The notes: generated from the sequence alone by a model not told the origin. A stretch of DNA of 63,486 bases, filler included, from Chiloscyllium plagiosum (GCF_004010195.1; 4 parts of 2 records of this genome joined end to end with filler, not necessarily neighbours in it); one strand, 5' to 3'. Shown: positions 1 to 13,799, numbered from the whole stretch's first letter. Numbers and translations: made by a program.

Positions 1-3000
1 GTGTTGTGTGTTTTAGTGTATATCTGATTACTGGCAGGAAACAGGGTTTTGGTGGAGGGTTGTGTGTGTGTTTCTGTGTATATCTATTTAATGGAAGAAG
101 ACAGCGTGATGATGGAGGATTGTGTGTGTTTCTGCATGTATCTGTTTAATGGCAGGAGACAGGGTAGTGGTGAAAGGTTGTGTGCTTGTGTTTATTTCTA
201 TAACTGTTTAATAACAGGAGACAGGTATTGGTGCAGGTTGGTGTGTATGTGTTTCTGCATATCCCTGTTTAGTGGCGGGAGACAGGGCGGGGTGGATGGT
301 TGTGTGTATGTGTGCGTTTGCATATATCTGTTTAATGGCAGGAGACAGGGTGGTGGTAGAAGTTTGTATGCTTGCGTTTCTGTCTATAACTGTTTAATAA
401 CAGGAGACATGTATTGGTGCAGGTTGGTGTGTATGTGTGTCTGTGTATCCCTGTTTAATGGCTGGAGACAGGGTGACGGTGGAGTGTTGTGTGTGTGTTT
501 CTGCATGTATCTGTTTAATGGCAGAAGACAGGGTGGTGGTGGAAGGTTGTGTGCTTGTGTATATATCTATAACTGTTTAATGACAGGAGACAGGTATTGG
601 TGCAGGTTGGTCTGTATGTGTCTCTATGTATCCCTGTTTAATGGCGGGAGACAAGGTGGCGATGGATGGTTGTGTGCATGTGTGTTTTATTTACATATCT
701 GTTGAATTGCAGGAGACAGCGTATTGGTGGAGGTTTGTGTGCGTGTGCATTTCTGTGTATTTCTGTTTAATGTCAGGAGACAGAGTGGTAGTGGTGGATT
801 GTGTGTGTGTGTGTGTTTCTGTATATATCTGATCAGTGGCAGGAAACACCTTGGTGGTGTAGGGTTGTGTGTGTGTTTCGGTGTACAGCTGTTATCTGGA
901 AGGAGACTACTTGATGGTGGAGGGCGGATTGCCTGTGCTTCTGTGTATATCTGTTTGATGATAAACGACAGCGTGGTGGTCGCAGACAGAGAGCAAGGGA
1001 GGGACACGCACATACACTGCAAGGGAGGGACACACACACACCATGAAGGAGGGACAAGCACTCACATGTCGAGGGGGAGGGCATGTGCACAGAAATTGAG
1101 AGGGGGCACACACATACAGCAAGAGAGGACACACACAGCCACGGCAAGGGTGGGACACACGCACACAATTTCTGTGGTGGTGGGGGGTTGTATATGTATG
1201 TTTCTGTGTATTGCTGTTTAATGGCAGCAGTCAGGGTGATGATGGAGGGTTATGTCTGCGTGATTCACTCTATATCTGTTTAATGGCATGAGACAGGGTG
1301 GCGGTGGATGGTTGCATGTGTGTGTTTCTCTATATATCTGTTGAATTGCAGGAGACAGCGTATTGGTGGAGGGTTGTGTGCGTGTGCATTTCTGTGTATT
1401 TCTGTTTAATGTTAGGAGACAGAGTGGTAGTGGTGGATTGTGTGTGTGTGTGTGTTTCTGTATATATCTGATCAGTGGCAGGAAACACCTTGGTGGTGTA
1501 GGGTTGTGTGTGTGTTTCGGTGTACAGCTGTTATCTGGAAGGAGACTACTTGATGGTGGAGGGCGGATTGCCTGTGCTTCTGTGTATATCTGTTTGATGA
1601 TAAACGACAGCGTGGTGGTCGCAGACAGAGAGCAAGGGAGGGACACGCACATACACTGCAAGGGAGGGACACACACACACCATGAAGGAGGGACAAGCAC
1701 TCACATGTCGAGGGGGAGGGCATGTGCACAGAAATTGAGAGGGGGCACACACATACAGCAAGAGAGGACACACACAGCCACGGCAAGGGTGGGACACGCG
1801 CACACAGCAAGCTGGTCACACACTCGCACACATAAGGGACGGACACACACACGCGAAGCGAGGGAGTGACACACACACATACATACACACACAAACAGAG
1901 CAAGGGAGGGATATGCACACGCGCACACATGCACACAAGNNNNNNNNNNNNNNNNNNNNNNNNNNNNNNNNNNNNNNNNNNNNNNNNNNNNNNNNNNNNN
2001 NNNNNNNNNNNNNNNNNNNNNNNNNNNNNNNNNNNNNNNNNNNNNNNNNNNNNNNNNNNNNNNNNNNNNNNNNNNNNNNNNNNNNNNNNNNNNNNNNNNN
2101 NNNNNNNNNNNNNNNNNNNNNNNNNNNNNNNNNNNNNNNNNNNNNNNNNNNNNNNNNNNNNNNNNNNNNNNNNNNNNNNNNNNNNNNNNNNNNNNNNNNN
2201 NNNNNNNNNNNNNNNNNNNNNNNNNNNNNNNNNNNNNNNNNNNNNNNNNNNNNNNNNNNNNNNNNNNNNNNNNNNNNNNNNNNNNNNNNNNNNNNNNNNN
2301 NNNNNNNNNNNNNNNNNNNNNNNNNNNNNNNNNNNNNNNNNNNNNNNNNNNNNNNNNNNNNNNNNNNNNNNNNNNNNNNNNNNNNNNNNNNNNNNNNNNN
2401 NNNNNNNNNNNNNNNNNNNNNNNNNNNNNNNNNNNNNNNNNNNNNNNNNNNNNNNNNNNNNNNNNNNNNNNNNNNNNNNNNNNNNNNNNNNNNNNNNNNN
2501 NNNNNNNNNNNNNNNNNNNNNNNNNNNNNNNNNNNNNNNNNNNNNNNNNNNNNNNNNNNNNNNNNNNNNNNNNNNNNNNNNNNNNNNGTGTGTTTCTGCA
2601 TGTATCTGTTTAATGGCAGGAGACAGGGTAGTGGTGAAAGGTTGTGTGCTTGTGTTTATTTCTATAACTGTTTAATAACAGGAGACAGGTATTGGTGCAG
2701 GTTGGTGTGTATGTGTTTCTGCATATCCCTGTTTAGTGGCGGGAGACAGTGCAGCGGTGGAGGGTTGTGTGTGTGTGCGTTTGCATATATCTGTTTAATG
2801 GCAGGAGACAGGTTGGTGGTGGAAGGTTGTATGCTTGAGTTTCTGTCTATAACTGTTTAATAACAGGAGACATGTATTGGTGCAGGTTGGTGTGTATGTG
2901 TGTCTGTGTATCCCTGTTTAATGGCTGGAGACAGGGTGACGGTGGAGTGTTGTGTGTGTGTTTCTGCATGTATCTGTTTAATGGCAGAAGACAGGGTGGT

Positions 3001-6000
3001 GGTGGAAGGTTGTGTGCTTGTGTTTATATCTATAACTGTTTAATGACAGGAGACAGGTATTGGTGCAGGTTGGTGTGTATGTGTTTCTATGTATCCCTGT
3101 TTAATGGCGGGAGACAAGGTGGCGATGGATGGTTGTGTGCATGTGTGTTTTATTTATATATCTGTTGAATTGCAGGAGACAGCGTGTTGGTGGAGGTTGT
3201 GTGCGTGTGCATTTCTTTGTATTTCTGTCTAATGTCAGGAGACAGTGTGGTAGTGGTGGATTGTGTGTGTGTGTGTTTCTGTATATATCTGATCAGTGGC
3301 AGGAAACACTTTGGTTGTGTAGGGTTGTGTGTGTGTTTCGGTGTACAACTGTTATCTGGAAGGAGACTACTTGATGGTGGAGGGCGAATTGCCTGTGCTT
3401 CTGTGTATATCTGTTTGATGATAAAAGACAGCGTGGTGGTGGAGGGTTGTGTATGTATGTTTCTGTGTATTGCTGTTTAATGGCAGCAGTCAGGGTGATG
3501 ATGGAGGGTTATGTCTCTGTGATTCTCTCTATATCTGTTTGATGGCATGAGACAGGGTGGCGGTGGATGGTTGCATGTGTGTGTTTCTCTATATATTTGT
3601 TGAATTGCAGGAGACAGGGTGTTGGTGGAGGGTTGTGTTTAATGTTGTACATTTCTGTTTAGTGGCAGAAGAAATGGTGGTAATGGAGGGTTGTATGTGT
3701 GTTTCTGTGTATATCTGATCAATGGCAGACGACAGGGTGATGGTGGAGGGATGGTTGTGTTTGTTTCAGTATATATCTGTATAATTGCAGGAGACAGTGT
3801 GGTGGAGGAGGGTGGTGTGTGTGTGCTTCTATGTATATCTGTTCAATTGCAGGACACAGGGTGGTCTTGGAGGGTTGTGTGTGTGTGTTTTTACGTATAT
3901 TTGCTTCATTACACGAGGCAGGGTGGTCGTGGAGACTTGTGTGTGCGTGTGTGTGTGTTTCTGTGTATAAATGTTTTATGGTAGGAGACAGGGTGGTGGT
4001 CATGGAGGGTGTGTGTGTGTTTCTGTGAATAACTGTTTAATGGCCGGAGACAGAGTGTTGCTGGAGTTTTCTGTGTGTATCTCTGTATATATCCCTTTAA
4101 TTACAGGAGACAGGGTGGTCGTGGAGGGTTGTGCGTGTATTTCTGTGTATATCTACTTAATGACAGGAGACAAGTTGGGTGTCAAGGATTGTGTGTGCGT
4201 GTGTGTTTCTGTGTATATCTGCTTAATAGCGGGAGACAGCGTGATGGTGGAGGTCGTGTATGTGTGTTTCTGCATATATTTGTTTAATTTCAGGAGACAG
4301 GGTGTTGGTGGAAGGTTTTGTGCTTGTGTTTCTATCTATATCTGTTTAATAACAGGAGACAGTTATTGGTTCAGGTTGGTGTGCATGTGTTTCTGCATAT
4401 CATTGTTTAATTGCACGAGGCAGGGTGCTCGTGGAGGGTTGTATGTGTGTGTGCTTCTGTGTATATCTGCTGAATGAAGGAAACAAATTGGGTGTCAAGG
4501 TGTGTGTGTGTGTTTGTGCGCGTGGCTGTGTGCTTCTGTGTATATCTGCTTAATGGCAGAAAACAATGTGGTGGTGAAGGGATGTGTGTGTATTTCTGTG
4601 TATGTCTGATTAATAGCATGAGACAGGGGGGTGGCGTCGAGATGTGTGTGAGTTTCTGTTTATACCTGTTTAATTTCGGGAGAGTGTGTGATNNNNNNNN
4701 NNNNNNNNNNNNNNNNNNNNNNNNNNNNNNNNNNNNNNNNNNNNNNNNNNNNNNNNNNNNNNNNNNNNNNNNNNNNNNNNNNNNNNNNNNNNNNNNNNNN
4801 NNNNNNNNNNNNNNNNNNNNNNNNNNNNNNNNNNNNNNNNNNNNNNNNNNNNNNNNNNNNNNNNNNNNNNNNNNNNNNNNNNNNNNNNNNNNNNNNNNNN
4901 NNNNNNNNNNNNNNNNNNNNNNNNNNNNNNNNNNNNNNNNNNNNNNNNNNNNNNNNNNNNNNNNNNNNNNNNNNNNNNNNNNNNNNNNNNNNNNNNNNNN
5001 NNNNNNNNNNNNNNNNNNNNNNNNNNNNNNNNNNNNNNNNNNNNNNNNNNNNNNNNNNNNNNNNNNNNNNNNNNNNNNNNNNNNNNNNNNNNNNNNNNNN
5101 NNNNNNNNNNNNNNNNNNNNNNNNNNNNNNNNNNNNNNNNNNNNNNNNNNNNNNNNNNNNNNNNNNNNNNNNNNNNNNNNNNNNNNNNNNNNNNNNNNNN
5201 NNNNNNNNNNNNNNNNNNNNNNNNNNNNNNNNNNNNNNNNNNNNNNNNNNNNNNNNNNNNNNNNNNNNNNNNNNNNNNNNNNNNNNNNNNNNNNNNNNNN
5301 NNNNNNNNNNNNNNNNNNNNNNNNNNNNNNNNNNNNNNNNNNNNNNNNNNNNNNNNNNNNNNNNNNNNNNNNNNNNNNNNNNNNNNNNNNNNNNNNNNNN
5401 NNNNNNNNNNNNNNNNNNNNNNNNNNNNNNNNNNNNNNNNNNNNNNNNNNNNNNNNNNNNNNNNNNNNNNNNNNNNNNNNNNNNNNNNNNNNNNNNNNNN
5501 NNNNNNNNNNNNNNNNNNNNNNNNNNNNNNNNNNNNNNNNNNNNNNNNNNNNNNNNNNNNNNNNNNNNNNNNNNNNNNNGTGTTTGTGTGTATATCTGAT
5601 GAATGGCAGGAAACAGGGTTGTGGTGAAAGGCTTTGTGTGTGGGTGTATGTGTGTGTGTTTATCTGCATATCTGCTTAAGGGCAGGAGGGTGGTGGAGGG
5701 TAGTGTTTCTGTGTATATTGGTTTAATGGCGTGTGACAGGGTGGTGGTGGAGGGTTGTTTGTGTGTGTTTCTGTGTATATCTGTTTAATGGCAGGAGACA
5801 GGTTGGAGGTGGAAGCTTGAGTGTGTGATTCTGTGTCTTTTTTTTACTGTCAGGAGACAGCGTGGTGATGGAGTGGAGTGTGCGTGTTCTTGTGTATATC
5901 TGTTTAATGACAGAAAAAAGGTGGTGGCGGAGGGTAATGTGTGTGCATTTCTGTGTACATCTGTTTATTTGCAGGAGACAGGGTGATTGTGGAGGGTTGT

Positions 6001-6600
6001 GTGTGTGTTTCCGTACATACCGGTTTAAGGACAGGAGATAGGGTGGTGCTGGAGATATGTGTGTATGTTTCGATGTAAATCTGTTTAATTACAGGAGACA
6101 GGATGGTAGTGGAAGGATGTGTGGGTGTTTCTGTGTGTATTTGTTTAATGGCAGGAGACAGCATGGTGGTGGAAGGTTGTGTTTGTGTGTTTCTGTGTTT
6201 ATCTGATTAATGCCTGGAGACAGTGTGTTGGTGAAGGGTTGTGTGTGCGTTTTTCTGTTTATGGCTGGAGACAGGGTGGTGGTGGAGGGATCTTTGTGTT
6301 TGTTTCAGTATATATTTGGTTAATTGCAGAGGACAGTTTGGTGGTATACAGTGGTGAGTTTGTATTTCTATGTATATCTGTTCAATGGCAGGACACAGGG
6401 GGGCCTTGGAGGGTTATGTGTGTTTCTGTGAATGTCTGTTTAATGACATGAGACAGTGTGGTGATGGAGGTTTGTGTGTGTGTTCCTGCGTATGTATGTG
6501 TAACGGCAGGATACAGGGTGGTGGTGGAGGGATGCGTGTGTTTTTCTATGTATATCTGTTTAATGGCATGAGACAGTGTAGCAGTGGTGGTGGTGTAGTG
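1..6600. repeat. Degenerate GT-rich tandem satellite/minisatellite, ~57-60 bp unit, interrupted by two N gaps
   Basis: Recurring unit approx. GTGTATATCTGTTTAATGGCAGGAGACAGGGTGGTGGTGGAGGGTTGTGTGTGTGTTTCT. Higher-order copies are visible (about 126-980 recurs at about 2588-3440; a ~639-bp block at about 700-1160 recurs at about 1340-1800). The Cys/Val-rich ORFs here are repeat artefacts. Confidence 0.95.
1624..1939. repeat. CA-rich ~25-bp repeat block of opposite polarity embedded in the satellite (shorter copy at ~985-1165)
   Basis: Units such as CACACACAGCAAGGGAGGGAC; abrupt switch from GT-rich to CA-rich strand composition. Confidence 0.8.
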
Positions 6601-6614
6601 TTTTTCGAACCAGA

Positions 6615-6905
6615 AGCCTGTGACCTCCCATTATATAAATGATTTAGATGAGAATTTTAGAAGGCATGATTTTCAAGTTTACCGATGACATCAAGATTGG
6701 TTGTATTGTGGATAGGGTTTGTGTAATGTTTTACAGTCTATGATTACAGACAGATCGTGATCATATAAATGATTTAGATGAGAATTTTAGAAGGCATGAT
6801 TTTCAAGTTTACCGATGACATCAAGATTGCTTGTATTGTGGATAGGGTTTGTGTAATTTTTTACAGTCTATGATTACAGACAGATCGTGATCAATTGAAT
6901 CAGTG
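6615..6905 (+). mobile_element. CR1-type LINE RT fragment containing a ~130-bp tandem duplication
   Basis: ATATAAATGATTTAGATGAG...AAGTTTACCGATGACATCAAGATTGG encodes a degenerate YINDLDE...KFADDTKIG motif; 6633-6762 is repeated at 6763-6892. Confidence 0.8.
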
Positions 6906-6907
6906 AA

Positions 6908-7255
6908 TTATAGAGATGTAATGCAGGTAATCAGATCCTTCAAATCATACAAGCCAACTAGATATTCTGAATGAATCCAGTCACATTTGCAAGCATTAGT
7001 CCCATGTCCCTCTAAACCCTTCCAATTCATATAACAATGCCTTTTAAAAGTTGTAAATGTACCAGCCTTCACCACTTCCTCCGGCAGTTCATTCCATACA
7101 TGCACTACCCTCTGTATGAAAACGTTGCCCTTTAGGTCCCTATTAATCTTTCTCTTCCCACCTTAAACCTATGCCCTTTAGCTTTTTGTTTTCCTTTCCC
7201 TGGGAAATAGACCATGACTATTGACCCTACCCATGATTTTATAAACCTCTAAAAG
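6908..7255 (-). mobile_element. CR1-type LINE 3' end
   Basis: ORF VWNELPEEVVKAGTFTTFKRH matches the CR1 ORF2 C-terminus seen in other copies in the window. Confidence 0.8.
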
Positions 7256-8219
7256 GTGCAATCAAGGCGAATGGCTGTGCTTTCAGTCATCCCGGGCTAA
7301 GTTCTGACATTCAATGTGGACACCTCTTCCTTCTCTATCAAGTCACATTTCAAAAATCATTTTAATCCACGTGCTCAGACATATAATGAAACATCTCTGT
7401 GGGATGTGAACCTTTAGGCTCAGAGGTCGGGACACTACCACCACTCAACAATAGCCCCTAAAGCTGCAACATGTTTCTCCTGTGTGCTTGTTCATCAGCT
7501 TTCTATGAAAATACTGTGACACATCCCCACAACAGAATCGAGACCATCTGTTCGAGACAAAGCGACACAACCACACATTCATGGAAGGGAATCGAATCCA
7601 GAGCTCTGACCCAGGGATTGGGGTGCTACCACTACACAAGACTTAAACTATGCCCAGAATTTGAGTCATATTTTAAGTGTCAGTTTTCAGCTTTATATGG
7701 ATTTATTAAATTCTGATTAACATTACTGAAAAACACAGGCAACAGTTCTCATTGTTAAACGACTAAAAGTTATTAGCCTCAACTATCGGATGATGAGTGC
7801 ACGTGCTCTGCCACCGTGATGAACAACAAACTACTTTAATTGCTTGGCTATGATTTCCAGCTTACATCGCTATTATCTGTAATCTGCAATATTAGGACAA
7901 GCAATCTTGCAGAAACGCTCTGCAGTATGAGGGAACTCGAATAGACACCAATACTGAACACAAGAGATGAGGAAAGAATTTCTGGCCAAAAAACACTGGC
8001 CACTATTTCTAACCTCTCACAAGTGGCTTCCCACTTCCTGAAATTATGAAGTGATACAAGGCATCGGTTTACTTTCCAGCCTCTCCTTACCCTATCCTCC
8101 CTCTGCTTACACAAAGCAAATCAACCTCTTGGTCTTTGGGAAACTCAAAGGCCTTCTGGACAGGGGAGGGTCTATTAAACCTGAAGCCGGAGGGTGAGGG
8201 GGCAATAATATCACTCACT

Positions 8220-8565
8220 GGGCTGAGGTGTGGCAGTTCGAGTTTAACTTGGATATGTGCGAGGTATTGCATTTTGGTAAAATAAAAAGCTGGGAGTGGG
8301 GGCTTATACAAGTAATAGTAGTGCATTGGTAGTGTTGTAGGAAAGGGCGACCCACAAGTGCAGATCGAATTCACATAAGTTTGTGGCACATGTAGACAAG
8401 GTGTTTAAAGTTACTTCATTGCTCAGACCTTCGAGGTTAGAAGATGAGAAGTCATGCAGAGATTGGGTAGGACATTTATGAAACTCTTCTGCAGTACTGT
8501 GAGCAGTTCTGTTATTGGAAGAAGATTATTGAGCTGAAGAGGCTTCAGAAGATATATGCCAGGAT
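8220..8565 (+). mobile_element. Degraded CR1 ORF2 fragment
   Basis: GGGCTGAGGTGTGGCAG...GAGTTTAA...TGCGAGGTATTGCATTTTGG (W-Q-EFN-KCEVLHFG motif). Confidence 0.7.
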
Positions 8566-8990
8566 GTCGCCAGGATCACCTCATCGTCTGCCTCGGGAGC
8601 CGATCAAAATATGGCATGAGCATTGAACACAATAATTTGCCAATCTCCCCTCGCCGACCCAGATCCCAGATCCAATCCTCCAACTCACATCCGCCCTCTC
8701 GTGGGAACCTACCTGTCCATCTTCCTTCCCACCGATTCGCTCCAACTCCCCACTGACCGATCACTATCACCTTCTAGCTTCGCCCACCTATCTCCAAACT
8801 TTCTCCCAGCCTCACCCCCACCACCAATTTACTTGTTAGCCCCTTTACCCCTTCACAGTTCTGAAGAAGGGCCCTGTCTGAAACGTTTACTCCCTTGCTC
8901 CTCGGATGCTGCCTGACCTATTGTGTCTTCTCCACTATCATCCTTTATGTACACTGAATTCTCGAACATCTGGAATACCCATTGTCTCTT
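8566..8990 (+). mobile_element. Penelope-like element 3' end (GIY-YIG C-terminal remnant plus pLTR with degenerate hammerhead core)
   Basis: QDHLIVCLGSRSKYGMSIEHNNL resembles EEERLIFRLWTLQPQGINVDVTSF at ~56900. It is followed by a C-rich UTR and CTGAAGAAGGGC...GAAACG at 8861-8885. Confidence 0.7.
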
Positions 8991-9576
8991 TGGTACAATT
9001 CTCTGTTAACATATCAGAGCTGTCTCTCTGTTATAACCCCACGCTGTCTTAGGTACATATTCTCTCCAGATCATGGCCTATAAAAGTTATCTCAATCTCT
9101 TACTGATATTGTCATGCCTCAGCAGTAGTTACAGGGCCTATGTTTCAATTTATAAGCAGAGAAGCATGTTGGTGTTCCAATAAACCTCTGGAATTACTTC
9201 CGTATCCAATGCAGACTGAATGGTTGCACGCAATTAATCTACCAGACTCAACATGCGTTTCCTCAGTCACCCTCGCACATCCAATCCAGACTGTGTAAAT
9301 GTGAATCATTATTTTGAATTTTAATAAAATAATATTGAATTGAAAGGCGTTGGTTGCAGCTATTTATTCAGTGACTGTGATTAATGTCAGTCTCCGTGGA
9401 TCCTAAATGCGTCACTGGAGGGCTTGCCTCTTTTATTAATTAATTAATTCAGTTCAATGTGTTATCCCATAGTATGAGTGGGAGCATTGCCGACAGTACT
9501 AACAGGGACCAGCAGCTCCAGAGAGACAGGGAGGAGATATCAGAATCTGAGAACATTAGATTGGAATGATCCAACA

Positions 9577-9709
9577 ATGGACAGGAGTTTATCCACTAGT
9601 CTTTACTGGCTTTCCCAACCTTGCGTATCATTAGTATGGAGGCTCTATGATGTACTGAGTCTTATTCAAGCTGGTTACTATCCCATCCTCGCTATAGTTG
9701 GTATTCCTG
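9577..9709 (+). CDS. First coding exon of a GPR139/GPR142-like class A GPCR (N-terminus plus start of TM1); remainder not found
   Basis: ACAATGG start context. MDRSLSTSLYWLSQPCVSLVWRLYDVLSLIQAGYYPILAIVGIP is followed by a phase-1 G|GTAAGT donor at 9709/9710. This matches the YYxxLxxxGxP|xN exon-1 end of the GPR139 family, which is expanded in sharks. Confidence 0.75.
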
Positions 9710-11055
9710 GTAAGTCATTCTAACTACCTATTAAAGTAGGTTAAACTGAATTGTTGTTCATGTTATTAAAATTAGGAAAGGTGGAAGTCATCGTTTTCAG
9801 CTCCAATGAAAAATCCCAATCCTTAGAAATTATAATGAGCAAATTACTACTTTCAAATGACTCACCAATATGCGAGGAGAAACTCTAAGACTTCATAATC
9901 CTTCTAGCCCTGCACAGATCGATATCTCCATATCCTCCCCACTCGCTAATTCTGTCCAATATCACCATTGTGATATCCCCGTGTCCTCCTCAGCCACAGT
10001 ACACCTTCTGAGTAAACCATCATTTGAGCCTTTGTTAAATCCGAAATTACCTGTTTCAAGCCCCTTCTAACCACATATCAATCACAAAATAATTGCACTT
10101 GAAATGTTTAACTTGTTCTCTGCACAGAAACTGTCTGACGGGAAGATAATGCATGGTGCTCANNNNNNNNNNNNNNNNNNNNNNNNNNNNNNNNNNNNNN
10201 NNNNNNNNNNNNNNNNNNNNNNNNNNNNNNNNNNNNNNNNNNNNNNNNNNNNNNNNNNNNNNNNNNNNNNNNNNNNNNNNNNNNNNNNNNNNNNNCCAGG
10301 CACTCAGTTCAAGAACGGCATAATATGCTGCCCTGACCTATGAGGGAAGAACAAAAGGAAAGATAGCTCCCTTCCTCTGCCTGTTTCCCATATTCCTACA
10401 GCTCAATTCCATCCAGGTGGGTGACCATTCCTTATTTCAAGTGCTTTCTTTCTTAGTTTTTCCCTGAACGTGATGTTCATTTCCCGTGGCACCTCTGGTG
10501 TTGACTTTGTTGATGCTCATATATAGATGTAAGAAGCTTTTAAATTCTACGTCAGTCGCAGTGTAGCGAGAAGGAAAGGCTTTTTACGCTATAGGGAAAA
10601 AAGGAGATGTCTCAGTGAGGAAAAGGAATTATTGTGATCAAACCTGAGAGTGTAGGAAAGGCTTTTTACGCCACAGGAAAGAAACGGAGATGTCTCAGTG
10701 AGGAAAAGGAATTATTGTGATCAAACATGAGAGTGTTATTGAGGCAATCTTGGGTAATTGTGGACAGATTTTCTTTCCTCTATAAGAAATAATCGCCCTG
10801 CCACAGAGATAGTACAAAGGTATTTCACCAGACTAATCCCTGGGATGGTGGTAAAATGAGGGGTGAATGAAGCTTAATCTTTAGCGCTGTGAGAGAATAA
10901 AAGATGATTGCATTCAATCTTAAGGGGAATGGACAGTCTCTCATGATGTTCTAAACAGACATTGATACGGTGATAAAATCCATGGCTTGTTTTTACTCGG
11001 GTTACAAGAGCCTCTGAGGACGTTCCTCTCATCCCACCCCCACTCCCTTTTTGAT

Positions 11056-11057
11056 AG

Positions 11058-11089
<32 letters not shown>
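11056..11089. repeat. (GA)n microsatellite
   Basis: Direct read. Confidence 0.9.
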
Positions 11090-11090
<1 letters not shown>

Positions 11091-11654
11091 AAGGGTCAGA
11101 TTTTGAATATAGTGCATTTAGAGTGTGATCCTACGCTAAACATCACGTTATCCAAAATCCTGACAGCAGCCACAATGTCTTCATTCTAAAACAGTTAACT
11201 ATTCCCATTACCTTCTGACCTCCATGGAGAACATGGGCCTGTCTACTCTAGATGGAAGATGCCTCTTTGAGACTTGATACAAAACATCTGGCTTCCCTCC
11301 TCACTGCCAGCAAACTACGTTAAAGTAGCAGAAGTTCCACCGGCAATGGACCCATGAAGAACTCTTAGAGCCATTCATGAGTGCAGTCTCTGATTCATTG
11401 GTTTGTTGTATTGGAGCATCAGTGACATCCTCCTGTTCATGTATAACAACCTTGTGGGGCTGAATGGCCTTCCCCAGGTCCCATGGAACAGGTTGAAGGG
11501 TCTGATTGGGCTCTACCTGATCCTGTTTAACAGCTCGATGTACTGACGAGACCTCTTCTCTTCCTGTGGAACAAGCAGGAGTATTGAATGGGCTGTCTCT
11601 CTTCTTGTTCAGTAGTTGCGATGGGCTGAATGGCTTCCACATTTATGTATGTTA

Positions 11655-12110
11655 CCAGCTTGAGATGTTGAATGAGCTCCTCTTTTAACTGTGTCTGACA
11701 GCACTGTTACATGAATGTTACCGATACTTTAACAGCACAAGCCTGAATATTGTCTGGGTCTTACTGAACACGGACACAGACTGCATCAGGAGCTGATGGG
11801 GGACAAAATGTTCTGAACATAGTGTAACCCTCAGTGACCATCCCCACTTCCGGTCTTATGATGGGGAAAGACATTGATGAAGCAGCTGAATATGTTTGTG
11901 CTGAGGAAGCTACCCTGAGGATCTACTGAAGAGATATCCTGGGACTGAGATTTTCGGCCCCCAAACAGGCATCTTCATTTGTGCTCTGAAAGACCCCAGC
12001 CAGTGGGGAGGGGACATCTGATTCCCATTAAGCTCAAATAAGATGGCGCTTCCGATGACATTCTCAGTCAAATACTGCCTTGATATCAAGGCTATTCACT
12101 CTTTGCTGAG
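11655..12110 (-). mobile_element. Degraded CR1/L2-group LINE RT fragment
   Basis: Reverse complement resembles PQGS-LS-NIFSCFIN; same family as 23560-24478 and 60110-60680. Confidence 0.6.
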
Positions 12111-13799
12111 CCCCTGTGTTCCCCTCTTGTTCATATCAATAGGTGACGGTATCTGTGTGGGCAGTGTTTTCCTCTCACAGAGGGTATTGAATGTCAGGAA
12201 CTATCTTGTCTCGAGAGCAAGGGGAGCTACATCACTGAAAGTATTTTAAAAGGAGGTAGATGGATTTTTTACCTGTCAGAGAGCTGAGGGGTGTGAAGAA
12301 TTGGACATTAAAGATGAGTTAATATGAACAGTAGTTCGGCTATGATCATATACAATGTCTTGATTATCCGAACGACCTGATCCTGTTCCTTATATTCTCA
12401 TATTCTGTAATTGCAAATTTAATGCTTGTAATTTTCCTGCACGTCCTGTTATTGAACTTTGCAATCAGAGAGAGCAAACTACTTTATGAGTCATCTCTTA
12501 GCAATGTCTGTGGGCTGAATTCACAGTGAATCTGGGTCTATACCATGACCAACAAATGAAACACAAGTTGCAGAGAGAAGACACTCTGTAAAGAGACCAG
12601 AGTTGTCTGTCGAACCCAGCCTGGGTTTTGAAGTAACATTTTCCAACCCACGCCAAACTGTGTGACAGCCTGGAGGGAATGAATAAGATCCTGTTTTACT
12701 GTGGACCAGGTATTTGGAGCAAGATGCCTCCGTCAGCACCAGTGCAGGAGATTTGAGGGGCTAACTTGAACATAGGAACATAGGCCTGAGGAGCAGGAGT
12801 GGGTCATTCGACACGTTGTCACGGCTCCACAAGGCACTAAGATCGGAGATGATCTGATTGTGGTCTGAGCAACACTTTTCTGTCTGTATATCTTTTTCCT
12901 ACATGCACTTGTCTGTCAAATGTTTGAATACAGCACAACTTTGAAAAAATGCATACATCCAGGCACCACAAACGTTTGGAAAAGGGAATTCCCACTTGAA
13001 CAGTCCAATAAGAATTTCTCATTCGTGTTCCGACAAATGTTGGAGGGTCACTGCGTCCTTTTCCATTCCCACTCCTCCAGTGGTTACAACAAGTTTTAAA
13101 TGTAGCCAGATTAGTGATATGACCAATTATTTAGGATTCAGACAGGGTCATTTTTGAGAAAAAATGTGAGATGCATGGAGTTGAACTCACAAAAAATGGT
13201 AAAAAGATAGAATGTCCCAAATGTTATTCTGCCTTTGACATTGTTCTACTCACACAAGCTGTTGGTAATGGGAAATATTTGTGGAACAGTTGGATTTGGC
13301 TTAACACCCTTTGCTTCCGGCAGTGGAGAGATTCCAATGAGTCCTCACCAGCAATCCTTCACGAGTGGTGAAGATAACTCAGGGATTTTATAGTCTCACA
13401 TTTTGCTATCGAGGGAGGGGGGGGCGGGTCAAAGTAAGAGAGAAAATCAATCAGCTGCTGCTTCTCAGGCAGGTAACATTTTTCTCCCTCTCTGTGTTGA
13501 ACCATACAATAATGTCAACTGAACATCAAACTGGGCCATGTGTGCTCTCGTGGAGCATTCTCTGGATCGCATGATAATGGCCAATTTGAAGGTGCATCAT
13601 CGCTGTTGTTGTACAGTGTCTTTCATTAGAAAACAAAGTCCTTGCTTTATCATCTGATGATATGTTTATATGGGTCTATGTAATTTGTTAATATCGGTCA
13701 ATGTCTAAATAATATGTGTTGATATCAATGCATCTTATTCTTAAATTTATTCTCTAGCTTTAAACTCCTTAACAAGAAGAAACATGCATCCAGCTGAAA

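Noticed and set aside
49..6642. Many Cys/Val-rich ORFs
   Set aside because: They are translations of the GT-rich satellite, or ORFs running through N gaps.
11195..11642. ACAG|TTAAC acceptor as GPCR exon 2, and the 113-aa minus ORF 11301-11642
   Set aside because: The translation after VN is not transmembrane or GPCR-like; the minus ORF has no recognisable motif.
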